Virus record (IMG/VR): IMGVR_UViG_2524023228_000003
Location: 10,872-74,871 of that record
Source of the DNA: a virus
Taxonomy: Duplodnaviria; Caudoviricetes
Direction: 5' to 3' (one strand)
DNA: 64,000 nt
Shown in pieces: positions 56,536 to 64,000 of the stretch. The notes beneath the pieces are model-generated. The model did no database searches. It was given only the letters and a program-made list of their open reading frames with translations, and had not been told where the DNA came from. The position numbers and the translations under genes are program-made. How positions within the stretch are numbered: position 1 is the first letter of the stretch; every line of letters begins with the position of its first letter.

Positions 56536-56615
56536 CATTTTTGCGAGGAACAGCAAATTTGCACTTGCTTTCTTCGTTGCCTGACTGCAAATCACTGCAA
56601 ACGAAGGACGAGCCA

Positions 56616-56838
56616 ATGCGGATGTTCACCTGCAAGCTTCTCGGCTTCACCGACGCGCTCGGTACGCCGATCAACCAGATGCCGATCTCCGGGAACATCC
56701 GTACCCGCGTCGAGATGGGCGAGGCGCACGACAAGCACGGCGGCGCAACCCGGCGAGGTGACCATCACCTCAGCGCTGCGCTCGGTCGACTTCGAGCGGC
56801 GGCTGATCGTCACCCAGAACAACGTCTACCAGTTCTGA
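56616..56838 (+). pseudogene. Early gene with frameshift (~56745)
   Basis: C-terminal GEVTITSALRSVDFERRLIVTQNNVYQF is out of frame with the ATG. Confidence 0.5.
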
Positions 56839-56848
56839 GGAGCGGTCG

Positions 56849-57101
56849 ATGCAGTCCCCGTCTCCCGCAAGGACGTCGGCCAGATCATCTCGGCCACGTT
56901 CCCCGACTATCGCGGTCGCAAGATCAAGGTCTCGGCCGCCGAGCAAGCCACCATCCGCAACGTCCATTGGTGCGAAGCCGCTCATCGTGGGCTGCCTGCA
57001 CCTGGCCGGCGAGGCGCGTGGCAATTTGGAGCGAGAGGCACTGCGCCATCATCGAGCTGTGGCGGCTGCGCATCTCCATGCACCTCCAACCGAACTGGTG
57101 A
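56849..57101 (+). pseudogene. Degraded early gene
   Basis: VSRKDVGQIISATFPDYRGRKIKV is out of frame with the ATG, with further frame changes downstream. Confidence 0.45.
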
Positions 57102-57104
57102 GCC

Positions 57105-57305
57105 ATGGACCTCCTCCCGCCGACGCCACTCAACGAGCCGGAAGCGATCTGCACCGGCTCTGTCCGGATCGTGGCCAACCCCGGTCCCTACACGCTGCGT
57201 CTCACCGTGCAGCGCCCGGAAGGCGAACTCTCGTTCGCCCTCTGTGAGGACGAATGCTCCCAGCTCGTGGCGCTGCTCATCCGCTACGTCGCCACCAGAA
57301 AGTGA
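57105..57305 (+). CDS. Early hypothetical protein
   Basis: ORF in operon. Confidence 0.55.
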   Translation: MDLLPPTPLNEPEAICTGSVRIVANPGPYTLRLTVQRPEGELSFALCEDECSQLVALLIRYVATRK

Positions 57306-57312
57306 CGGAACC

Positions 57313-57777
57313 ATGCCCCACGTTTTCGATCATCCCCCCTCCGCGCAGGAAGTGTTCGACGAGGCCTGTCGATACTTCGCAACTTCGCCGGGCCCCTCGG
57401 CGGGCGTAACGATCCGACACGGTGCCAGGCACCCGGATTGTCTCTATCGCTCAGCCGATGGTCGCACCTGCGTCGCCGGACACTTCCTGCCTGACGCGGC
57501 CTATATCCCCGAAATGGACGATCCGGAGCGCTTCACGGACGGCTCCGACGTCAAGGCCATGATCAACCACTACAGCGACCGCATCCCGGCGTGGTGGGCT
57601 GATCACCGGATGCTGCTGAAGAACCTTCAGAGCACCCACGACAACGAGCAGTGCTGGAGCGGGCCGCGGTGGCGCTACTCCGAGCTGGCTGACCATCTCG
57701 ACAACGTCGCCTACGACCACAAGCTCGATGCCAGGGCGATCGAGCTGGTCCGCGACCGCAAGGCCAAGGAGGCCTGA
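57313..57777 (+). CDS. Early hypothetical protein
   Basis: CLYRS.DG.TCVAGHFLPD..Y.PEM..LQ..HD motif. Confidence 0.65.
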   Translation: MPHVFDHPPSAQEVFDEACRYFATSPGPSAGVTIRHGARHPDCLYRSADGRTCVAGHFLPDAAYIPEMDDPERFTDGSDVKAMINHYSDRIPAWWADHRMLLKNLQSTHDNEQCWSGPRWRYSELADHLDNVAYDHKLDARAIELVRDRKAKEA

Positions 57778-57778
57778 C

Positions 57779-58183
57779 ATGCCCAAGATTTCCGAGACGA
57801 TTGCCGCCGCCAGAGCGATCATCGCCGACCCCGCCAACTGGACGCAGGGCACCCTTGCCCGCGATGCGTCCGGCGATCCGGTCACGATCCGATCAACGAC
57901 CGCAGTCTGCTTCTGTGCAGACGGTGCGGTAGCTCTGGCGGCCGGTGTCCAGCTCAACGTCTTCGGTCAGTGGGAGAAGAACGACCACTACGACGAGACA
58001 TCGCAGATCCTGCGCGAAGCGGCCGAGAAGATGACCACCAAGCGCAGCTACGTCAACATCAACGACGCCTGCGTCCGCATCCCGAGCAAGACCCCGCACG
58101 AGGCAATCCTGATGTGCCTCGACATCGGCATCGACCTCGCGAAGTCCCGCGAGGAACTCAACATGGAAAGGGTCGCGCCATGA
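57779..58183 (+). CDS. Early hypothetical protein (DUF6197-like)
   Basis: AR..I.DP.NWTQG..ARD..G..AVCFCA.GA. Confidence 0.65.
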   Translation: MPKISETIAAARAIIADPANWTQGTLARDASGDPVTIRSTTAVCFCADGAVALAAGVQLNVFGQWEKNDHYDETSQILREAAEKMTTKRSYVNINDACVRIPSKTPHEAILMCLDIGIDLAKSREELNMERVAP

Positions 58184-58533
58184 GCCGCGCCAAGAAGAAG
58201 CCGAAGGCATCGGCAGCTCTGGAGTTCCACGGCACCTACGGCGACCTGATCGTCAACGCCGAGACCGGCGAAGTCATCAGCTATGAGCCGGACGGCGATG
58301 GCGTGAAGTTCACCCCAAAGGAGATGGCCGAGCAATTCGCTGCCGGTCACGACGAGGGCTACCACGACATCGTCAAGCTCGATCTCGACGAGTGGCGCAC
58401 CTACTGCAAGGCGCACCACCCGAAGCACAAGTCGGAGGGTGACGACATCCTCATGGTTGGCTTCTGGACCCTCAAGGGCGAGAAGATCGAAGCCGACCAC
58501 GACTGGCGCAAGCAGATGCTGGAGCCGGTGTGA
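58180..58533 (+). CDS. Early hypothetical protein
   Basis: ATGA coupling. Confidence 0.6.
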   Translation: MSRAKKKPKASAALEFHGTYGDLIVNAETGEVISYEPDGDGVKFTPKEMAEQFAAGHDEGYHDIVKLDLDEWRTYCKAHHPKHKSEGDDILMVGFWTLKGEKIEADHDWRKQMLEPV

Positions 58534-58748
58534 TGGCGAAGAAACGCACCAAGAAGCAGCAGGCGGCCATCGACGACCGCATCCAGCGTGCCGTGACCGG
58601 CATCCTGATCCCCATGACCTCGATCAATCGGGTCTGGGACCACGCCGAGAAGTTGATCGACCAAGGCGTCGACGACGTCGCACTGGCGAACGGCATCCGT
58701 GCCTTCGTCACCCCTGAAACCACCACCCTGCACGTCGGGAGGCGCTGA
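58533..58748 (+). CDS. Early hypothetical protein
   Basis: TGATG coupling. Confidence 0.6.
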   Translation: MAKKRTKKQQAAIDDRIQRAVTGILIPMTSINRVWDHAEKLIDQGVDDVALANGIRAFVTPETTTLHVGRR

Positions 58749-59017
58749 TGCTGACGTCACTTCCGTTCCACCCGGCCGATCCGTTCCAGACCGATCCGAC
58801 CATCATCGAGAGCCAGCACCGTGCCGCGAGGCTGACGCGGGCGTTCTGCGAGAGCGGGATGGATGCGTTCGAGTTCAAGGACGACAGCGGCCGGCACTAC
58901 GTCGTCAACCGCGCGACCGCTGCCCGCTGCATGGAGTTCGACACCTTCGTCGCCTTCACGTCGCCAGGCATGGTCCGAGCCCTGGACCGGCCGTGGTGTG
59001 AGGCCGGTCGTGCCTAA
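58748..59017 (+). CDS. Early hypothetical protein
   Basis: TGATG coupling. Confidence 0.55.
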   Translation: MLTSLPFHPADPFQTDPTIIESQHRAARLTRAFCESGMDAFEFKDDSGRHYVVNRATAARCMEFDTFVAFTSPGMVRALDRPWCEAGRA

Positions 59018-59192
59018 GTTCAAGGACAAGGACTGGGTGAAGTCTGCCCGCGTCGGCTCGAAAGGGTCGTTCGTCGGGCAGATCGTCGGCACCAGCCAGG
59101 GCGAATCCATCGTCCGCGACGAGGACCGCAAGAAGTGGTTGCGCGCCGAGTCTGAGCTGGAACACGCCGAGAAGAAGGACAAGGCAGCATGA
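59010..59192 (+). CDS. Small SH3/KOW-like early protein
   Basis: PKFKDKDWVK..FVGQIVG..IVRDE. Confidence 0.5.
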   Translation: MPKFKDKDWVKSARVGSKGSFVGQIVGTSQGESIVRDEDRKKWLRAESELEHAEKKDKAA

Positions 59193-59443
59193 GCGGCGGG
59201 CCATCACGTCGGCGCCGAGAAGGTCGCCAAGCCTTCTATCGTGGCGGCGATCCGGACGTCCACAACCCCTATTCGCCTGGCACCTACGAGGCCTCCGACT
59301 GGCGGGATGGCTGGCGCGAAGCCAAGAAGGATGACGACATCGTCATCCAACAGGAACGGCAAGCGGAGTTCGAGGACATCTACAAGGTCATCGAGTTCGC
59401 TCGCCTCCACAACCTCGCCAAGGAACAAGGGCTCATCACGTGA
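59189..59443 (+). CDS. Early hypothetical protein (G..AF..NPY..W..GW motif)
   Basis: ATGA coupling. Confidence 0.6.
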   Translation: MSGGPSRRRREGRQAFYRGGDPDVHNPYSPGTYEASDWRDGWREAKKDDDIVIQQERQAEFEDIYKVIEFARLHNLAKEQGLIT

Positions 59444-59637
59444 TCCTGACCGCAAAGACCCAGGCAGCCTACAACGCCGCCGCCCGCCTGCCATGCTCGC
59501 TGCCGCTGGCGAACATGCAGGTCGACATCGACGAAGACTTCATCGGCTGCATCGACGCGAACGACTATGTCGAGACGTCGATCGCCAACGACAACCGCGA
59601 CGAGGCTCGGGCTCGCGCCCAGCATTGGAGGCTGTGA
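59440..59637 (+). CDS. Early hypothetical protein
   Basis: GTGA coupling. Confidence 0.5.
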   Translation: MILTAKTQAAYNAAARLPCSLPLANMQVDIDEDFIGCIDANDYVETSIANDNRDEARARAQHWRL

Positions 59638-59810
59638 TGGTCACGCTGAACAAGCTGGACTCCTTCGATGCCGATCGGCTGCACCGCAAGCTGTCCCGTA
59701 TGTGGCGCGCTGCGGCGGACAACCGCACGGCGCGGCGCATCTACCGCATGATGAGCCGGGTCTACCTGCACCTGCATCGCAAGCTGCTGGTGGAGGGACG
59801 TCATGCCTGA
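59637..59810 (+). CDS. Small basic early protein
   Basis: TGATG coupling. Confidence 0.5.
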   Translation: MVTLNKLDSFDADRLHRKLSRMWRAAADNRTARRIYRMMSRVYLHLHRKLLVEGRHA

Positions 59811-60343
59811 GACCTTCGAGCAGTTTCAGGCCGGCATCAGGGCCGGCGAGCGTGTGTGCGCTGAGTCCGATCTCTACTGGCGGACCAACCGCTGGGCGAT
59901 TGATGGCCGCGGCGGGTGGATGCCAGTGAGTCTTTCGCGAAGGTGAAAGAGGCCGATGCTGACCATCTTTCGCCGATGAGGTCCCGTGTGTGGTTGAAGT
60001 GGGTCTGCACACAAAGGCAGGGGAAAATCCCGCAGGACGAGGCGAGTAGCGGTTTCATCCCGTCTCGCACTTTCAAACGGCCTAGCTTCGGCATTTCGTC
60101 CGCGCCTGGCGATGATGGCCACCCATGACCATGATGAAAAGTTTGCGGCCCGGAGAAACGGGACACCGCTCATAGGTTGCTGCGACCCAAACGCAGTGGC
60201 GAGGCCGGCGCTATCCGGCCATCCCCTGCTCTTATGCGAGCGCGGTCATCCTCAACCACAGCAAGCAAGCCCGGCTGTATACGCCGGTAGCTGCCAAATC
60301 GGATGTCCACCGCGCTCACATAAGAGCATCAACGAGGACCATC

Positions 60344-60529
60344 ATGACAGTCACGCGGATCGTCGAGAACAATCAGACCAAATGGCGCAATCACGCCGAT
60401 GCTGAAGCGGTCGCCAAGGCGAACCGCGACGGCGATCCGGAATGGACCTACGTCGCGCAACAGGCGTCGGACGGCTGGTGGTACGTGGCCGTCTTCGACG
60501 AGGACGGCGAGGGCGTGGGAGTCATGTGA
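60344..60529 (+). CDS. Early hypothetical protein
   Basis: GAGG RBS. Confidence 0.6.
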   Translation: MTVTRIVENNQTKWRNHADAEAVAKANRDGDPEWTYVAQQASDGWWYVAVFDEDGEGVGVM

Positions 60530-60659
60530 TGAGGACCGGGCTCACTCATTCCGCCGCACCAAAAAGCGTGACTGGTACCTCAATGGCGGCTTCGCCAATT
60601 CCCGATGCTGGCGCCGGCAAGTGCGAGGCGTGTGGCACTACTTCATCGCGATCGAGTGA
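60529..60659 (+). pseudogene. Small early gene with frameshift (~60548)
   Basis: MRTGLTH | FRRTKKRDWYLNGGFANSRCWRRQVRGVWHYF. Confidence 0.45.
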
Positions 60660-60844
60660 TCGGTCGGGTGACAGAGACCCCGAGACCAGGAGTATGGCCA
60701 TGAAGAAGTAATCGACCCCCACTGTGAACCCGGATGAGTACGACGACTGAGTTTTTTGGACCGGTGAAGCCGCGAGCGACCGGACGCACAGCCTGACCAG
60801 CGGCAGGCAAACCAATCCGCTGGTGCAATTCTTGAGGTGACCTA

Positions 60845-61099
60845 ATGACCGACCCGTATGCATCGCTCTCTCGCTCGAACAAGCCGAGCCCGTTCCAGGT
60901 GGTCATCCTCTTCGCCAATGGATCCTGGGGCATTCACGATTTCCAATCGTTCATGGATGCGCGGGATTTCTATCGCAACGGCATCAGCTATAGCGACCGC
61001 GTGCAGCGTGTCACCGTCATGGAGAACGGCAACCAGATGCGGGCCGTGTGGGACGCTTCCTGGGATGACCAGAGCAAGTACGCTGGTCTGAACAACTGA
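60845..61099 (+). CDS. Early hypothetical protein
   Basis: GAGGTG RBS. Confidence 0.6.
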   Translation: MTDPYASLSRSNKPSPFQVVILFANGSWGIHDFQSFMDARDFYRNGISYSDRVQRVTVMENGNQMRAVWDASWDDQSKYAGLNN

Positions 61100-61323
61100 A
61101 CCGATCAAATTCACGCCCGAGGTGCGCCTTGTTCATTGCATGAAGGCAAACGCAAAATGCCAAAGCGACGAATGAAGACCCAGGATGCAGCTCAACATCG
61201 TCGTCGATCTCGCGACGCAGAATGTGATCAGCGAGAAGGATCACCCTGAAGAGCACAAGCGCCAGATGGAGGCCGTCTCTGTCGTCAGCGTGTACCGCCA
61301 CTTCAACAAATGGATGGACTGAC

Positions 61324-61647
61324 ATGGGAACGAACTACTACGCGACGCCGGCCCCGTTCTGCCCGACCTGTGGATGCAGCGATCCCGCCATCCACATCGG
61401 CAAGAGCAGCGCCGGCTGGGCCTTCCTGTTCCATGGCTACGAAGACGAGAAGCTGACGCTGACGACCGCCAAGGAGTGGTTCGAGCATCTGCAAGGGCGC
61501 GAGATCAAGGGCGAGTACGGCTGCATCGTCTCGATCGACGACTTCAAGACGATGGTCGCGCGCAAGAAGCACGACCGCATAGCCTGGTCGGATCGCAAGC
61601 AGCTGGATCCCGAAGGTCACCCCGTCGCCTTCTACGAGTTCAGCTGA
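61324..61647 (+). CDS. Conserved phage protein (MGTNYY..HIGKSSAGW)
   Basis: Recognisable motif. Confidence 0.7.
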   Translation: MGTNYYATPAPFCPTCGCSDPAIHIGKSSAGWAFLFHGYEDEKLTLTTAKEWFEHLQGREIKGEYGCIVSIDDFKTMVARKKHDRIAWSDRKQLDPEGHPVAFYEFS

Positions 61648-61820
61648 TGCCGCACGACATCTATGAAGCCGGTTACCTCGCCGGCCTCGAAGGCGACGAT
61701 AGATGCCCATATCTCGCCTTCACCCCTCACTGGTGGTGCTGGCAAGCCGGCAACTACGTCGGCCACCACACCATGTGTTCGCAGCTGGAGGCGGTCGCCC
61801 TCCTCTTCCCACAGGACTGA
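61647..61820 (+). CDS. Small early protein (CPY..W..G motif)
   Basis: TGATG coupling. Confidence 0.55.
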   Translation: MPHDIYEAGYLAGLEGDDRCPYLAFTPHWWCWQAGNYVGHHTMCSQLEAVALLFPQD

Positions 61821-61823
61821 GCC

Positions 61824-62081
61824 ATGAACGTGATCTGGAAACTGATCGACGAAGAGACCTACTACGACGCGCTCGGCGTTGTTCCTCCCGCAATGCAGAC
61901 CGGACGCGGCTTCCAGATGGGAGAGCCGGTGAGCCACCGTGTATGCGAGATCCACAACAAGCTCGCGCCGACGTTCCACGCTTACATCAGCGATGGCAAT
62001 CGCTTCTTTAAGTCCGACCGTCCGCTCACGATCTCGGAGTCCATCCAGGCCTGCATCCATCCGGAGCTTCCAAATGGCTAA
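61824..62081 (+). CDS. Early hypothetical protein (YYDALGVVPP)
   Basis: AGGA RBS. Confidence 0.6.
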   Translation: MNVIWKLIDEETYYDALGVVPPAMQTGRGFQMGEPVSHRVCEIHNKLAPTFHAYISDGNRFFKSDRPLTISESIQACIHPELPNG

Positions 62082-62298
62082 GGCCAAGACCAACGTTCAG
62101 TTCGTCCGTGATCTGATGGAGCACAGCCAGTTCGGCGCAATGACGCAGCTGTTCGTTCTCGATGCGCTCGACAAGTGGTCCGGCATGGTCGCGAAGGAGG
62201 ACCCGCAGAAAATGGATACGCCGCTGATCAGCGGTCATGCCTGGGTCGGCGTCGCGAAGGAAATCCAGGAGAAGATCAACGCGAGGACCGCCGGATGA
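62074..62298 (+). CDS. Early hypothetical protein
   Basis: GGAG RBS. Confidence 0.6.
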   Translation: MAKAKTNVQFVRDLMEHSQFGAMTQLFVLDALDKWSGMVAKEDPQKMDTPLISGHAWVGVAKEIQEKINARTAG

Positions 62299-62552
62299 TG
62301 ACGTTCAAGCACAATCCTGAAGATGCCTGCCACTGCTCCTACTGCGGCATCAAGGAAGACATCCACCTGCTCGACGGTGTCCTCAACGACAACGAGACCG
62401 ACAGTGGCAAGCTGGCATGCATCTCCCGCTATCCGAACGACAGCTGGTGTTGCGGCCACCATGACATGGTGGACATGAGCATCGCGCCATCGCTGAAGCC
62501 GCTCTACGAGCAATATCGCGACAGCGCGAAGTGGACCATCGGCCACCGATGA
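62295..62552 (+). CDS. Cys/His-rich early protein
   Basis: ATGA coupling. Confidence 0.55.
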   Translation: MMTFKHNPEDACHCSYCGIKEDIHLLDGVLNDNETDSGKLACISRYPNDSWCCGHHDMVDMSIAPSLKPLYEQYRDSAKWTIGHR

Positions 62553-62713
62553 TCTCTCAGGAATACGCACAGCGCCTGCTCGGCATCGTCCAGGCTTTCG
62601 TCAACCCGGTGCAAGAGCACCACGGCATCCCGTGCCGCATCGACATGAACTGCCTGCGCAGCGATGGAGCGAAACTTCTCGAGGAAATCAACAATGGCAA
62701 AGGAAGAAGATAA
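62549..62713 (+). CDS. Small early protein
   Basis: ATGA coupling. Confidence 0.5.
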   Translation: MISQEYAQRLLGIVQAFVNPVQEHHGIPCRIDMNCLRSDGAKLLEEINNGKGRR

Positions 62714-63339
62714 AGCAGGCTGAGACCTACACCGCGGTGCAGGTGGAGGCCGCGCTCTGTGTCTGGGAGTGTCTCAATGAGTGGACACTCGGCACCGAGG
62801 CGTAGGTTGCCAAGCTCGAAAAGCGGCGAGAAGCACCCCAACTCGCTTGCAGCCATTCGGGTCGAATGGATCGAGATGCGTGAGGAGTGTGGATCGGCCG
62901 AGATGCGCTCGCAGTCGATCGTTCTCGGGCTGTGGTGCCTGGAGATCTACGACATCCTGACTGCGAACGACGCGGAGTTCTTCAGCTGGTGGTCGTACGA
63001 CTGGGAGGTGATCCCGGCCATGCTGAAGCATGCCGTCTGCAATGATGGCAAGGCGTCGATGTACCGGGGCGACTACGTCTACATGGGCGGCGAGCTGATC
63101 GATCCGCATAGCGCCGCCCAGCTGGTGGCGCAGGAGTTTGCCTGGCTGCGCTTCGAGGACGACTGCAAGGGCGAGGCCAGGAAACAGTGGCCTACGAAGG
63201 CCTGGTCAACGACGATGGCGGCGAGCGCATGCGTCAGTCCTTCGAGCTGGGCGAGACGCCGGCCGAGTTCGTGAAGTGGCTCGGCGAGAAGTACGACCTC
63301 ACCCCCGCAAGCGAGAACCAAGTCGCGGTCCCGCCCTGA
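62694..63339 (+). pseudogene. Multiply disrupted early gene
   Basis: Frameshifts near 62702, 62828 and 63190, plus an in-frame TAG at 62803. Confidence 0.65.
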
Positions 63340-63434
63340 TTGCACGGACGCTCCCGCGTCCAGGCCGGCACATGCTCCACGGTGAAGCGGTGCGGGTATC
63401 GAGCCTTGGCCTGCTCGAATGTGATCGGGCGCAT
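63300..63434 (-). pseudogene. Inverted fragment of a phage early-type gene
   Basis: MRPITFEQAKARYPHRFTVEHVPAWTRERPCNQGGTATW runs into the antisense of the + pseudogene. Confidence 0.4.
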
Positions 63435-63554
63435 CAGAACTGACGGTGCTCAGACCGTGTAGCGGCACACGGTATATGCAAAGCATATGCAAGTATACGC
63501 AATTATATGCAAAGAAAATGCGACAGATGCGTTAATAGAATCGCAGAATCTTAC

Positions 63555-64000
63555 ATGTCGAACGCGATGCTCAAATCCAAATCCAACTACGACCTCCCGA
63601 ATTTACCGCCCCCCAACGCCTTTCCCGAAGACCCCGGGTCGCTGGCTGCCAAAAGAGGTCGCGCGACTGAGCATTCTTGACGGCATGCGGGGAATTGCTG
63701 CCATCTGCGTCGCCTTTTTACACTTTTATGAACCCTTTCAGTTCGGTCCTCAGAACTGGATTCCTCGCGGTTATCTCGCTGTAGATTTTTTCTTTTGCTT
63801 GTCAGGGTATGTAATGGCATTTGCCTACGACCCTTCTCGCGTAGAATTGTCACCCACAGAACTTATTAAACGGCGTCTGATACGACTGCATCCGCTGGTC
63901 GTAATTGGCTCCTTGTTGGGCTTCGTTGTGGCTGTACTCGGACGATTCTATGCGCCTGTGGCTGCCGCATTATTCAATTTTAGTGTCACGGAGTTTTTTA
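63555..64000 (+). CDS. Acyltransferase-3 (OafA-like O-acyltransferase), partial
   Basis: Hand translation LDGMRGIAAICVAFLHF..GYLAVDFFFCLSGYVMAFAYD..KRRLIRLHPL; low GC. Confidence 0.9.

Larger units (their letters stand above)
1440..63434. mobile_element. Large myovirus-type prophage (P2-like tail, Mu-like neck), boundaries uncertain
   Basis: Contiguous terminase-portal-capsid-tail-lysis modules plus early small ORFs and tRNAs; no integrase or att seen in the window. Confidence 0.9.

Noticed and set aside
2416-61149. TTGC-N6-GCAA as a LexA or sigma54 site
   Set aside because: Alphaproteobacterial LexA boxes are GTTC-N7-GTTC, and no TGGCAC -24 element accompanies the TTGC.

Overview
Almost the whole window (about 1.44-63.4 kb) is one large temperate phage or prophage of a high-GC host; the conserved hypotheticals suggest a Bradyrhizobium-like alphaproteobacterium (inference). 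The minus strand from 48 kb down to 1.4 kb carries accessory and tRNA genes, small and large terminase, portal, scaffold, capsid, Mu-like neck genes, a complete P2-like contractile tail (V, W, J, I, fibres, sheath, tube, E/E' frameshift pair, tape measure, U, X, D), endolysin and spanins, and a nucleotide-metabolism cluster. An accessory island at 48.4-52.6 kb contains an operator-like repeat array and an HTH-ImmA/IrrE peptidase + DUF4411 PIN pair. The plus strand from 53.6 to 63.3 kb holds many small early-type ORFs, several of them frameshifted. A partial Dam methylase lies at the left edge and a partial acyltransferase-3 gene at the right edge. No integrase, repressor, replication gene or att site was recognised. 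The most notable observations are: a LAGLIDADG domain inserted in frame into a nucleoside deoxyribosyltransferase-like protein without intein motifs; a transcription-oriented TTGC-N6-GCAA motif before many genes; a phased TGTCA-N7-TGACA array; two aberrant tRNA-like RNAs and two tRNA-sized structured RNAs; and decay confined to non-structural genes. All family assignments come from motif recognition by eye; no database search was run.
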